A stretch of DNA of 64,000 bases from Heterodontus francisci (Eukaryota), in contig NC_090376.1 of assembly GCF_036365525.1 (NCBI RefSeq), positions 33,165,075-33,229,074 of the forward strand. The letters are read 5' to 3'. This document shows positions 25,650 to 39,107 of the stretch, piece by piece (position 1 is the first letter of the stretch; each line of letters starts with the position of its first letter). Position numbers and translations under genes: made by a program. Below the pieces are notes generated by a model. It was not told the origin of the DNA. It did no database searches and was given only the letters and a program-made list of their open reading frames with translations.

Positions 25650-26158
25650 CTAGTTTAAACTCTCCCGAGTGACGCTAGCAAACCTTGCAGCCAGGATATT
25701 AGTGCCCTTCCAGTTTAGATGCAACCCGTCCTTATTGTACAGGTCCCATCTGTCCCTGAAGAGAGCCCAATGGTCCAGATATCTGAAACCCTCCCTTCTA
25801 CACCAGCTGCTCAGCCACGTGTTTAGCTGCACTATCTTCCTATTTCGAGCTTCACTGGCACGTGGCACAGGGAGTAATCCAGAGATTACAACCCTCGAGG
25901 TCCTGTTTTTTTAACTTACTACCTAACTCCCTAAACTCCCCCTGCAGGACCTCATCACTCTTCCTGTCTATGTCATTGGTACCGATGTGTACCACAACCT
26001 CTGGCTGTTCACCCTCCCCCTTCAGAATGCCCCCTGTCCGTTCAGAGACATCCTTGACCCTGGCACCAGGTAGGCAACATACCATCCTGGAGTCTCTCTC
26101 ACGTCCACAGAAGCGCCTATCTGTGCCCCTGACTATAGAGTCCCCTATAACTATTGCT
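25650..26158 (-). pseudogene. CR1 ORF1 SGNH esterase domain
   Basis: IVIGDSIVR, CLPGA, HIGTND and DGLHLN blocks; one frameshift. Confidence 0.88.
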
Positions 26159-27654
26159 TTTAGTTTTTTGAGTACAGTAACATTAGCTGTAGTGACAACA
26201 CGGGTGATGTTTAGAGCAGATATTTTCCATTATTCCTCTAGGTGAGATGCAGTCAACTTCCAACCTGCTTCATAAAAGAAAATTACAGCAGCTCAAAAAT
26301 TTCATTGTCAGTAAAGAAATGATATGTAAGTTGAAGCGTGAGAGTTGAATTTTTGTCTTCATACAGGATCAAACTTTTCTCGTTGCAATTAGAGTTCTAA
26401 AAAAAGCTTCTTTTCCCACAGCCACCTCAGTAATTCACTCACATCCAGTGATTAAACACTCCTTGAATAAAACTTTCCAACTTTAATTAAAACTTTCTTG
26501 CCAGATGACAGGATAGCCTCATTTTATACGACAGCGCTGTTTCTGGTGCTCATTTAGTGCAGACTTTTATACAATCTAATGTTGTATTGATTAAAACAAC
26601 AGCCAGCAGATCACAGGCTTCACACCAATGTGACATCTCTGTCAGTATAGTGTAAACATGGCCCTGGTGTGACACCGGAGCTTATCTTTGATCAGCAATG
26701 CGTTTCTGCAGACAACAAGAGAGGTCAGTGCTGTGCAAGGACTTAACCACCCTGCCATCTTTTTGCACAGTTCGGTTCTAAGCTCTGAGGCAGGCAGTTT
26801 ATTTGAATTGCAATTGAGCCAGACCTTACACAATAACATTGCGCTTAATTACCAATCAAGAATGAAATGCACTTTCTGGGGCTTCTCTATTTCATGTTTT
26901 TAACCTTTTCCTTAAATCATTTTTATTTTTCATTTAATGTGCACATATCAGTCATGTACAAGCTCATGATAAGGGAGCGCATGCAATTCTTGAGGCAAAA
27001 ATATGAAAAATATCAGCAAAACATGAACGGCTGTGGTCGTCACACATGTTGACACAGGCAATTGTGTTAATTACCTTCTTGGCCTGTTTTTTTTGGTGTA
27101 TGACCAGTTCTCATTACATACTTGGTCCATCATCTGACTGCAGAAGGTAACTGCTACCGGAGGCTCTATTCTCACCGGACTTGCGAGAGCAGATGCACTC
27201 TCTGAGATCCTGTTCTGGTTACAAAGGCTTATTCATTATTTCCTCTTCAGAATCAGGTAAAGCTCCACTTCAAAGGCACTGGCTCCAAACCTTCAAATTA
27301 AGGTTTATTGCAGTTTGCATGGATGACAGTTCTGGTGTTTCTTGAAAGGCCCTGGCTTAAACACAGGGATCTGAATATTTTATTAAAAAATTACTTAGAG
27401 TTACATGATCCTACTTTTTTGAGTATTTATTTCAATAGTTAAAATTTACCATTTGGGCAAAAGAGGGCCTGTGCCTGATTTTAATAAAATGTATCTACAA
27501 TTATGAATTAAATGGTCAATCTTGTACGTACTGGTTAAAAGTGTAATTCAATGGCAGACATATAGATAAGAGAGCTGAATGATGAGAGGAAGTGTTTGTG
27601 TGTTCAGTGACGACCCTTCAACACTGAAAACTGCCAAACTGCATGTACTACTTG

Positions 27655-29862
27655 AGTCATAGAGTCATAGAGTTATACAGCACAGAAACAGGCCCTTCGG
27701 CTCATCGTGTCTGTGCTGGCTATCGAGCACCTAACTATTCTAATCCCATTTTCCAGCACTTGGCCCGTAGCCTCGTATTCCATGGCATTTCAAGTGCTCA
27801 TCTAAATACTTCTTAAATGTTGTGAGGGTTCCTGCCTCTACCACTTCTTCAGGCAATATGTTCCAGATTCCAACTACCCTCGGGGTGAAAAATGTTTTCC
27901 TCAAATCCCCTCTAAACCTCCTGCCCCTTACCTTAAATCTATGCCCCCTGGTTATTGACCCCTCCACTAGGGGAAAAAGTTCCTTTCTATCTAACCTATC
28001 AATGCCCCTCATAATTTTGTATACCTTAATCATATCTCCCCTCAGCCTTCTCTGCTCTAAGGAAAACAACCCTAGCCATTTCAGTCTCTCTTCAAAGCTG
28101 AAATGCTCCAGCCCAGGAAACATCCTGGTGAATCTCCTCTGCACCCTCTCCAGTGCAATCACATCCTTCCTATAGTGTGGTGCCCAGAACTGTAGACAGT
28201 ACTCCAGCTGTGGCCTAACTAGCATTTCATACAGCTCCATAATAACCTCCCTGCACTTACATTCTATGCCTCGGCTAATAAAGGCAAGTATTCCATATGC
28301 CTTCCTAACCACCTTATCTAACTGTGCTGCTGCCTTCAGTGATCGATGGACAAGTACACCAAGGTCCCTCTGACCCTCTGTACTTCCTAGGGTCCTATTA
28401 TCCATTGTATATTCCCTTGCCATGTTAGTCCTCCCAAAATGCATCACCTCACACTTCTCAGGATTAAATTCCATTTGTCACAGCTCCGCCCATCTTTCCA
28501 GCCCATTTATATTGTCCTGTAATCTAAGGCTTTCCTCCTCACTATTTACGACACCACCAATTTTTGTCTCATCTGCGAACTTATTGATCATACCTCCTGT
28601 ATTCACGTCTAAATCATTAATGTACACTACAAACAGCAAGGGTCCCAGCAACAATCCCTACGGTACACCACTGGCTTCCACTTGCAAAAACAACCCTCAA
28701 CCATCACCCTCTGCCTCCTGCACTAAGCCTATTTTGGATCCAAATTGCCAAATTGCCCTGGATCCCTTGGGCTCTTACCTTCTTAACCAATCTCCCATGC
28801 GGGACCTTATCAAAAGCCTTACTGAAGTCCATGTAGACTACATCAACTGCTTTACCCTCATCTACACACCGAGTCACCACCTCAAAAAATTCAATCAAGT
28901 TAGCTAGACACGATCTCCCCCTGACAAAGCCATGCTGACTATCCCTGATTAATCCCTGCCTCTCCAAGTGGAGATTAATCCTGTCCCTCAGAATATTTTT
29001 CCAACCACTGATGTTAGACTCACTGGCCTGTAATTACCTGGTTTATCCCTGCTACCCTTCTTGAATAATGGTACCACATTCACTGTCCTCCAATCCTCTG
29101 GTACCTCTCCTGTGGCTAGAGAGGATTTGAAAATTTGTGTCAGAGCTCCTGCTATCTCCTCCCTTGCCTCACATAACAGCCTGGGATACATCTCATCTGG
29201 GCCTGGGGATTTATCCACTTTTAAGACTGCTAAAACAGCTAATACTTCCTCCCTTTCAATGCTAATATGTTCAAGTATATCGCAATCCTCCTCCCTGATC
29301 TCTGCACCTACATCGTCCTTCTCCAGAGTGAACACAGATGAAAAGTAATCATCTAAACCTCATCTATGTCCTCCGGCTCCACACACAGATTGCCACTTTG
29401 GTCCCTAATGGGCCCTACTCTTACCCTGGTTGTCCTCTTGCCCTTAATATACTTACAAAACGCCTTAGTATTTTCCTTTATCTTGCCTGCCAGTGTTTTT
29501 TCATGCCCCCTCTTCACTCTCCTAATTTTATTTTTTAAGTACCCCCCTACACTTTCTTTACTCCTCTTCTTATGCCTCCGCTGTTTTCAGCCCTCTGAAT
29601 CTGCCATTAGATTCCTTTTTTTTTCTAATCCAATCCTCTATATCCTTTGATATCCAGGGTTCCCTGGACGTTGGTCCTACCCTTCACCTTAACAGGTACA
29701 TGCTGGCTAAGGATTTCCTCTTTGAATGACTCTCACTGGTCTGATGTAGAGTTTCCTACAAGTAGCTGCTCCAGTCCACTTTAGCCAGATCCTGTTTTAT
29801 CATCTTAAAATTGGCCTTCCCCCAATTCAGTACCTTTATTTCCAGTCCATCTTTGTCCTTTA
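27655..29862 (-). mobile_element. CR1 LINE, 5'-truncated
   Basis: RT motifs in ORFs 27740-28474, 28704-28967 and 28988-29335; (CTATGACT)n tail. Confidence 0.93.
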
Positions 29863-29904
29863 TACTTGAATGCATAATATTTTACTTCCTACACATGGAG
29901 AGTT

Positions 29905-30706
29905 GCACAGTGGTAATGTTATTGGTTTAGTAATTCAGAGGGCTGGCCTAAAGTTCTGGAGACCTGAGTTCACATCCCACCACAGCAGCTGCGGGAATTT
30001 AAATTCAATTAATAAATCTAGAATAAAGTGTTAATCTCATTTCTAATGATCATGAAACTACCAGATTTTTGTAAAAACCCATCTAGTTCACTAATATCCT
30101 TCAGGCGAGGAAATCTGCCATCCTGACCTGGCCTAAATGTGACTTTAGACCCACAGCCATGTGGTTGACCCTTAACTGCCTTCTGAAATGGCCTAGCAAG
30201 CCACTCAGTTGTATCAAGTTGCTACAGGGGGGAAAAAAGCACTATGGGTGTGCCTACACCACATGGACTGCAGCAGTTAGAGTCAAAGAGAGATACAGCA
30301 CTGAAGCAGGCCCTTTGGCCCAATGAGTCCATGCTGACCATCAACCATCCATTTATACTAATCCTACATTAATCCCATTTTCCCTCTCACATCCCCACCT
30401 TCCCTCAATTCTCCTACCACCACTTGGAGCAATTTTTACAATGGCCAATTTATCTATCAACCTGCAAGTCTTTGGCATGTGGGAGAAAACCGGAGCACCC
30501 GGAGGAAACCCACGCGGTCACAGGGAGAACTTGCAAACTCCGCACAGGCAGTACCCAGAACCAAACCCGGGTCGCTGGAGCTGTGAGGCTAGCCACTGCG
30601 CCACTGTGCCACCCCAGTTCAAGAAGATGGCTCACCACCACCCTCTCATGAGCAATTCATGCTGGCCTTGCCAGTGATGCTCAAATCCCAAGAATGAATT
30701 TTTTTT
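29905..30706 (+). mobile_element. tRNA-derived SINE with CR1-like tail, interrupted by HE1
   Basis: tggtaatgt..gagttcacatccc head, aaaaacccatctagttcactaat core, shared tail. Confidence 0.7.
30279..30614 (-). mobile_element. HE1-type V-SINE
   Basis: tRNA head, V-domain, TSD CAGTT (30274-30278, 30615-30619). Confidence 0.9.
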
Positions 30707-32339
30707 AAATGACCTTATATTCTAAGTTTGTAGCACTAGAGTTGCAGGCTGTAACTATAAGTAATACTTAGAAATGTTGTTGCTTGCGCTGCCTCCCCAT
30801 TATCCTGATAGCTGCCCTCTCTCAATTGCCTACCCTCTGATCTTTCCCCTTTCCTGATTGCTCACCTACTAGTCTCCCAGTTTCCCTTCCTTTCATCTCC
30901 TGATTTCCCCACTTCCCCCACCCACTTCACCCAAGAATTACCCGACCAACTGGAACCAAATTCAAATGTCCTTTGCTGGGATGCTGTTCGGAGACGCCCA
31001 GCATCTCAAATGAGGCCTGAGGCCCAGTATTGAACAAGCCTCAGATAGGCCCAGTACAGTGGTTGTTCACTGTGCAGTGTTCACACAGGCAGGCTAGTAC
31101 AATCCAATGTCTAGGCCACGTTATCAGAAGCATTTCTTCATTAAAAACTTTACAAAAAAAGAAGTCCGCCTACAGCAACTGTAACTGTTCCTGCCATTCT
31201 GTTTTATTTATATTTTAGGGAAAAGTTTTATGCTCCTCAATGTGAACAGTATCAGCATTGGGGAAACAGCAATTTCATATTTTGAATATCTACTGTCAGG
31301 ATAAACCAATCTCAAGTCAGTGTTTATGGGCCAGATGCAGAAGAAATTAATTTCAATTCTGCTTCAACAAGCTTTTAGTAGAGCATTCCTTACTGCAACA
31401 GAGCCACCCATACAGCCTTCTAAGATTCAGCTTTCTACAGTTTCTCTACTTTTCATCACGTCAGTCCCAGTGTGATGTTTTCAGTACCTGCTCAAACTTG
31501 AATGTGGAGACTTAAGTGAAAACACCTCCAACAAGTGTTTTTGCATCAAGGTTTCTTCCTGATGACTGAACTCTATCTCCAGCTCAGGTAGAAGTTGATG
31601 AAGTTGATAAGGCTGTTTAAAAAAACATGGAGGATCATTGACTTTATAAATGGGGGCAATGTTTCCCAAATACTTTAGGCATTAAAGATCCTCCCAATTG
31701 GTCAAGTTGAAGCCATAAGCTGAAATGCCAGTTTATTCCAGGTTTAGCACAAGATGTATCTTGGGAAAAGAGCTTAAGCTCGCACGACGTATGGCCACCT
31801 GGAAGATTGGCCACTTAAATTTCCTGCTGATGTTCATTAAGGAGCTGCACGGGATTTTGGTGGCGAGCACTTCACTTAACGCCATCTCGCAACGGCGATC
31901 ATCTGATTGGGAGCAAACTGGTCATTGCTGAGGATTTCCAACGCTACTTGATGGTATATCATCTTTTACTGTTCATTTGCTCGTGGAAATTTGAAGACGA
32001 TTTTTGAAACACATCAGGAGACTTTTAGGACATTTTGTCAAGGCTTCACCAACATTTATTCCAGGGGACGGTTGAATAAATCAGTGACAGCAGAAATGTG
32101 GCCAGAAATTCTCTTGAGGACATCCCATAAAAAGAGTGAGTGCTGCGCTACTCTACCTTATTGGACACCCTATAGGAGTCACCAGAGGAAAAGGAGTGTT
32201 TGGTCATCTTGCTAGGTGTCTCCCCTGGGCTGCAGGAGGAATGGGAGCAGGACATGACGCCAGGGAGAGCAGCACCAGAGCTGCTGCCGGATAGAGAGAC
32301 AGGAAGGGCAGGAGGATGAGGTAGACTCCACCTCACACC

Positions 32340-33425
32340 TCACCCTACCACCCCTCCTCCTCCAAGTTTAGTAGGAATAGGGCTGAGGGAGCAGGAGGTG
32401 GGTCTCATGGACAAGATGAGCTCAGAGAGTGCATGAGGGGAGATAGGAGAGGACCTAGAGAAAGATGCAAGTTCAGGGCTAGGGCAGGTGGAAACTTTAG
32501 AGGAAGTTTGGCCTGGTGGGTTTGTAGAAAAGAGGGACATGGTAGAGGCAACTGATCTTGATCTTCGTGACAAAGAAGTCCATGATCTTCCCACACTTAT
32601 TGTTGGGGGTGAGGGTGGAGGGGACAGAGAAGAAGAGTTTAAGAGGACAGTTTGCAGTAGAGAAAAGAAGCCAGCGCTTATCTTTGCATTTTGAGATGAT
32701 CCTGGAATAGTGAGCAGTTTCAGCAGACAAGAGTAGGACCCAATAGTGTTTTATGTGGTCCAGCCAGATCTGGCAGTGGATGGATAAACCAATTATCCAT
32801 CATATCCTTTGAAATATGCGTCCCTTGGACTTAAGGGCGGCACAGTGGCGCAGTGGTTAGCACCGCAGCCTCACAGCTGCAGGGACCCGGGTTCAATTCC
32901 GGGTACTGCCTGTGTGGAGTTTGCAAGTTCTCCCTGTGTCTGCGTGGGTTTTCTCCGGGTGCTCCGGTTTCCTCCCACAAGCCAAAAGACTTGCAGGTTG
33001 ATAGGTAAATTGGCCATTATAAATTGTCACTAGTATAGGTAGGTGGTAGGGAAATATAGGGACAGGTGGGGATGTTTGGTAGTAATATGGGATTAGTGTA
33101 GGATTAGTATAAATGGGTGGTTGATGTTCGGCACAGACTCGGTGGGCCGAAGGGCCTGTTTCAGTGCTGTATCTCTAATCTAAAAAAAAAGATGAGAACT
33201 GTACTAGGGAAATGGCCAGGGTGAGAGAGAATAATGATTTTATTGGGGACTAGGGCATCAAAGTTGGAGGTGAGGGTATAGTTGAACAAATCAGTGGCAA
33301 CAGCAATGTGGTGAACGGAGGACCAAAGGCTAGACAGTTGGGATTTTAAAAGTGCAATTGTAAGTGAACTGGGGAATGCTTTACTCCAGGGAAGATACAG
33401 GAGGAAATAGGAAATAAGGCTGGCT
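32340..33425 (-). mobile_element. L2-like LINE fragment interrupted by HE1
   Basis: HYSRII..LLFSTAN..LK..DFFVTKI resembles the L2 APE-RT linker. Confidence 0.55.
32835..33190 (+). mobile_element. HE1-type V-SINE, full length
   Basis: A box tggcgcagtgg, B box ggttcaattcc, V-domain, tail gggccgaagggcctgtttcagtgctgta matching the CR1 3' end. Confidence 0.95.
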
Positions 33426-33429
33426 GGAG

Positions 33430-33677
33430 GATCGATAACCAGAAAACATAGCTTTAAGATGATTGGCAAAAGAACCAGAGATGAAATGAGGAGTATTTTT
33501 TTTTATGCAGCGAGTTGTTACGATCTGGGATGCATTGTCTGGAAAGGTGGTGGCAGGTTATTGGTGGTAGGTGGAAATGAGGAGTAATCAGTTCAGCCAT
33601 GAACTTATTGAATGGCTGAGCAGGCTCAAGTGGCCTACTCCTGCTCCTAATTCGTATGCTTGTATGCTCGTATGTTC
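33430..33677 (+). mobile_element. CR1 3' tail
   Basis: ggcctactcctgctcctaattcgtatg tail as at 21170-21193. Confidence 0.7.
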
Positions 33678-33765
33678 ATAATTTTCGAAGGAGCTCCTCA
33701 TCAAACATTTCTCGTTTACAAACTTAACTTTGAATTTCATCATATTATGTGTTGTGTTACTGGCT

Positions 33766-35174
33766 TGTGATGGAAATCACACCTGCCAAATGGAAGCATA
33801 TTACTTTTGTCATATGGAAAACTATTTGAACTTTTACGGGACATTGAACATAACTTGTTTACAAAGACCACAGAGCTGAACGGCTGAAAACATGGTTGCA
33901 CATTTGCATTCTGAAAGACAGTTGCATAAAGAAACAATGGGAGTACTCCCTGATTCAGTTAGCCAGATGGATTTTGTCAATAGTGATGATCAAAAGATAT
34001 TGAGAGTCATTGCCTGTGTAAGAGCCAGCACTCAACTCCCCCACCAAGTGTGTCGAGTAAGCTTTGAAGAATCAACAACTGTTGCAGGAGATGCTGTTTC
34101 AAACAAAGAGCTGGTCATATGACTAACCTTCTGGCCAACCTGGGAATTGATTGAACTGTGCCTCACAGATAGCTTTGGGCAGACTGCAATTTTGAAGACC
34201 AAAGAGAAGCAGGATCTCTCTCTCTCTCTCTCTAATATAAAAACAAGAAATGCTGGACCCACTCAGCAGGTCTGGCAGCATCTGTGGAAAGAGAAGCAGA
34301 GTTAATGTTTCGGGTGAGTGACCCTTCTTCAGAACTAGCAAATATTAGAAATGTCAAAGGTTGTAAGCAAGTGAGGCGGGGGTGGGGCAAGAGATAACAA
34401 AGGAGAAGGTGTAGATTGGACAAGGGCACCTAGCTGACCAAAATGTCATGGAGCAAAGGCAAACAATATGTTAATGGTATGTTGAAAGACAAAGCATTAG
34501 TACAGATAAGGTGTTAACGGACTGAAGATTGAACAGCAGCAAGTACAAACAGTGAAAAAAACAGTGGGTAAGCAAACTGAACAAACCAAGATGAAATGAA
34601 ATAAACAAAAAAAAATGTTAAAAAGAAAAAAAGAAAAAATAACTAAAAATAAAAGTAAAAGTCTCTCTCTCATGCAACATCCCAGGGACCCACAGAAGCA
34701 ACTTAAGCCTCAAGACTGAGGACCCCTTATCAGCCTTCAGGTACCAGTGAAACAAGTTTGAAAGTGTGCACTAGGCCCCAACGAGAACTGCAAGACTTAA
34801 CTCCAATCAAGGTCTTCACATCCAAACCAAAAACAGTAAATGAATTACTACTCCACACCATCCCCCTTTAATTCTTTCTCCTCCTCTGTGTCTATTTGTG
34901 TGTGTGTTTATCACGTACGCATGCTAGCGTGGTTTCGTCGCATATTTTAGTAATATTAACTGAGTTAGAGTCTTAAGGTTAATAAACTTACATCTTTCTT
35001 GTTTAAACCTAAGAAGACTGTCTGGTTCGAATACAATTACAATTAGAAAGCAGTGAGCAAGGACTCACTGAGGTGAAGCTAAAACACTGTTTTTAAAAGT
35101 TAAACCCTGTTACAGCCAAACTGGAAAAGGGGTGAGAGGAGAGCCTGAGACCCCTTCTTCACCCAGTCGCAAAA
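33766..35174 (+). mobile_element. Solo LTR (family A) inserted in the Gypsy 3' LTR
   Basis: TG start; 4-bp TSD GGCT (33762-33765, 35175-35178); AATAAA at 34981. Confidence 0.85.
34233..34660 (-). mobile_element. Penelope-like 3' fragment with hammerhead motif (34300-34336), inserted in a (CT)n tract
   Basis: Minus strand AGTT CTGAAGA A GGGT-CACTC-ACCC GAAAC ATT AACT. Confidence 0.75.
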
Positions 35175-36310
35175 GGCTCTTAAAACAAATGTACCAAATA
35201 CTATAACAATGTTTGGTAAACTAAATGAAGGGTTCTTTATTAAAGAATACAGGATTTTTGCAGAGCTCTTCAATACACGTGCTACCTGCTGACGAACACT
35301 GATTCAACAACTGTATCACATGTTCACTTGCATCACTTCCTGTGATGATGTATACTAGGTTATTTGCATATTTAGCAGTACGTGAACTAGTATTAAAGCA
35401 GTATCACAACATTCCCCTTTCCTTAAATAGAAAAATTAAATTGAGCTTTTTCATAATTGGATAGGTTAATTGTGAACAGCATTCATACTTGTATGGACTC
35501 TCATATTAATTATTCAAGTGTCTCTGGAACGTACAAGTGGTCTGCTGACTTGACCTGATCTGGCAACAGTGAAACTTTGCTGAGATTTGGAATTGTCAAT
35601 TCTTTTCTCTTGATTCACAGATCTAGACTGACAATTATCTTGTACTTGAGTGCTATATGTGTCATTTTCCTTAACTTCACTCTCAGGACTTGAATGTGAA
35701 TGGGTTCTTGATGCTACAGGAATGTTAGGTATGATGCTGTTTGATAACTTTCCCAGCTGACATCTATTCCTCCTCAACATCGCTCCATTCGGAGTGGTTA
35801 GCTCCCATGACCATGGCTTAGTACAGATCTTTGACACTTCCGCAGGGAACCATGTCTTCTCTTGCAGGTGGATAACTCTGACCTTCTGTCCGATCTGCAG
35901 AGGAGGCAACTCCACACCTGCATGATTGTCATAGGTGATTTTCATTTTCTCTTGTCCTGCCAATAATTTATCTTGGACAGATGAGGATCTGATCAAATAT
36001 TGTCCTGAGTTGCCTTCCGAACATGATCTCTACTTGGGATGGTAATCCCGCATCTAGTGGTGTTGCTCGTAGGTGCAATGTTGTTATTTAAATGACTTGA
36101 TTAGTATCCTTACATTTCAATATTAGTGACTTTACTGTTCACACCATCCTTTTGGCTAGTCCATTTGACCTTGGATAGTGTGGAGATGACATAATGTGAT
36201 TTACAGCCCACTTCGTGCACATGTCTTGAAATGGCTTACTGGTGTACTGTGAACCGTTTTCCAACACTATCTCCTCCGGTGAACCAAAAAGACTGAAAAT
36301 TACTCTCATC

Positions 36311-36970
36311 GGGCTGGAATTTATAAAAACAGTGGCGGCCCACCCGCGTGAGCCGCACATCGCAGAGTCGCCATGATATTAAGCACAGCAGCTCATTTAA
36401 ATAGCCCGGGTGGACCCCCCCCCCCACACCCCAGCGATGATGTGGAGGGGGCAGGCTGTCCATCCCTGGCAATGGCATTAGTTACCTGCGCGCAGGCATT
36501 GGCACCATTTTTAAAGGACTTCAAGCCCTAACATTCAATTTAAACATTTAAATGTAAATTTAATTTAAAAATTTAAATCTATTTAAATTGTCCCTCTCCC
36601 ACCCACACCCTCAAAAACCAGAAAATTAATTACTTGCCCTCTCCCCCCCCCAAACAAAACACTTACCCTGCCCACTCCCTGTCCCCCACCCCTGCACTGT
36701 GAAACTTACCTGCTCCACCTCCCCCACCAGTGTTCCACCTCAGTTCCCTGGAAGGGGATCCAAAGGCACGAGAGTGCCAGCCACCTGCACGAAGATGGCA
36801 GCAGGACTGACAACGGGAGCGTAATGGCGAGGGGGGTGGGGGGTGGCGGGGGCGCCACGAAGCCTCACCGCCACTGGCATTATCAGGCCTGGCCTCTTCT
36901 GGAGGCATTTTCTGCCCCTCCCCCACTCCATCACTACCCCCGATGCCAGGGGGTCTGTAAAATACAGCCC
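36311..36970. mobile_element. Harbinger-type MITE in the Gypsy integrase
   Basis: TIRs gggctggaattt / aaaatacagccc; 3-bp TSD ATC. Confidence 0.85.
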
Positions 36971-37200
36971 ATCGTGTTTGCTATGGGTGCACTTAATGTA
37001 ACCCTCAGTTAGTGAATGATAGGAAATTTGGAGAAGTAGTCAGTAATATGCAAGAAGTCATCACCTCTGACAGTAAAAATGTTAGTAGCTATTCTTGAAC
37101 ATGATGTAATGGAACATCATGAGGATGAAATGGCTCTCTGTGTTGACTCAGCTGATGCTTGTATCATGTATTGCATGTCCTCACAGCTCATTCTATCTTG

Positions 37201-37519
37201 TTTATTTTATTTCTTTAGAGATACAGCACTGAAACAGGCCTTTCAGCCCACCGAGTCTGTGCCAATGAACAACCACCCAATTATACAAACCCTACAGTAA
37301 TCCCATATTCCCTACCACCTACCTACACTAGGGGCAATTTACAACAGCCAATTTACCTATCACCTGCAAGTCTTTGGCTGTGGGAGGAAACCGGAGCACC
37401 CAGTGAAAACCCACGCGGTCACAGAGAGAACTTGCAAACTCCGCACAGGCAGTACCCAGAATTTAACCCGGGCCCTGGAGCTGTGAGGCTGCGGTGCTAA
37501 CCACTGCGCCACTGTGCCG
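37201..37519 (-). mobile_element. HE1-type V-SINE
   Basis: Same head, V-domain and tail as 32835-33190. Confidence 0.9.
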
Positions 37520-38087
37520 TGATTGATCACTGGCCAATAAACTCTCTCACTTGCAAGTTGTTTTGATCTTTCAATGCCCATGTGACCTTGATGTAATTGG
37601 GTAAGGATAGCCAATATCTCAATACCTGTCTTTCCTTGAAAATGACCATTTGATATCCCCAATTTGTCACAATATAGCAAAAAGATTGTGAGGTCTGTGA
37701 GAACATCTTGCATTGTACCTGTCCATCCAGTGATATGCTGCCATAATGCCCTAAGGACAGGATTTCTGGAAGTCTCTCTTTGGAGCTCTATGCATTTGTT
37801 CTGTCCAAATTGCTTTAGGTCAATGTTGTACATATCTAGTTCCACATCTACTTCGTCCAATTGGACATCCTCCAGTAAGTCTTGTCTTCTTTTGGTTGGG
37901 CAGCCTCCTCAATATGTCACACATAATCATGAGGTTTCCAGGTTTATATTGGACTTCACAATCATACATCCCTGTATTTTGATCAGTAGTCTTGGGAGTT
38001 GTGACGGCGCGCTGGTGAGTAGTTTTTGCCAAATAATTGCTATTGGCTTGTGATCAGTCTCAACAACAAAGTGTTTGCCAAGTAGGT

Positions 38088-39107
38088 TGTCAAGAAAATC
38101 CTATATGCCACATGAGAAATATTAATTTCATGGGTTTGAAATTTATCTTAGACTTTTAATGAGAAATATCCTACAAGTTAACTTTAAAAAACAACTAGCA
38201 GCCAAGATGACCACTGCCATTTACATGTGAAATACCAGGAGATTGAACTGGGGACAAAAAGTCTAACAAGAAGCCCAGCCAGAACAATTCTTTGGCTAAC
38301 TGAGTAGATTAGCCAGATCATCCTTGTTAGCGGGACATCGCAAACTATTTCAGCATTCATAAATGGAACCGTACCTCCGGGGGTAAGTCCTGACAACTCC
38401 ACCTGAGAAAGGTTTTGTGTTTTAGAATTGGGACCTCATTAAAAACAAAGGGGATTGAGAGAACCATGTGACTGTCTATCAATCTCAGAAGAAACTGGGA
38501 GTTGTTAGACAAAGAGACAAGCAGTAACAGAGTGGGCTGCAGCTGAAAGCTGTGTGCTTCCCTTTCTCTCTCTCTCTCCCCAGTTGAAAACCATCGGTAA
38601 CTGGGGGACCCTCCAAGCCTACTGACTGTGACAGCCAATGACAAGAGGAAGAGAACCAACTGCAATTCTACCTTCAAGCAACAGTGAGCAAAGCAGGCCA
38701 ACCAAAATGCACTTTGACCAACGAGGACTTCAAGAATACAGCTTCAGCCGAGGACTACTGGATCATCCACTGTGTATTTAAATTCCATTTATTCTGGACT
38801 TTAATCCAACCACCAAATCTAATTTTTCCTCTGTAATCTATTTGTGTGTGTGTAATTCTCGTGTGAATGTGTAGTGTTTTGTTTTAGTATTTTTAAATCG
38901 GGTTAGAGTGTTAAGCTTACCTCTTTCTTGTTTAAATTTAAGAAGACCTGTCCAATTGGTTCTTTCATGATCACAGTAAAGGTAAAACGTAAAACACTCA
39001 GAGGTGGTAAGCACAACTACTGTTTAAAAGGAATAAACCCTATTGCGGTCAAATGAGAGGAAGAGCGCAAGGCGAGCCTGAGACCCCCTCCTCACTTGGC
39101 TGTAACA
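38088..39107 (+). mobile_element. Solo LTR (family A) in Gypsy RNase H
   Basis: TGT...ACA termini; TSD AGGT/AGCT; removing it restores FHVYLLGKHFVVETDHKP. Confidence 0.85.

Larger units (their letters stand above)
22650..26158 (-). mobile_element. CR1 LINE (HER1-like), 5'-truncated within ORF1
   Basis: ORF1 esterase end, APE, RT and a (GTTCTTT)n tail at 22650-22671. Confidence 0.95.

Noticed and set aside
25650-26158. Host lipase/esterase gene
   Set aside because: The SGNH esterase is the known ORF1 domain of CR1 elements and is contiguous with ORF2.
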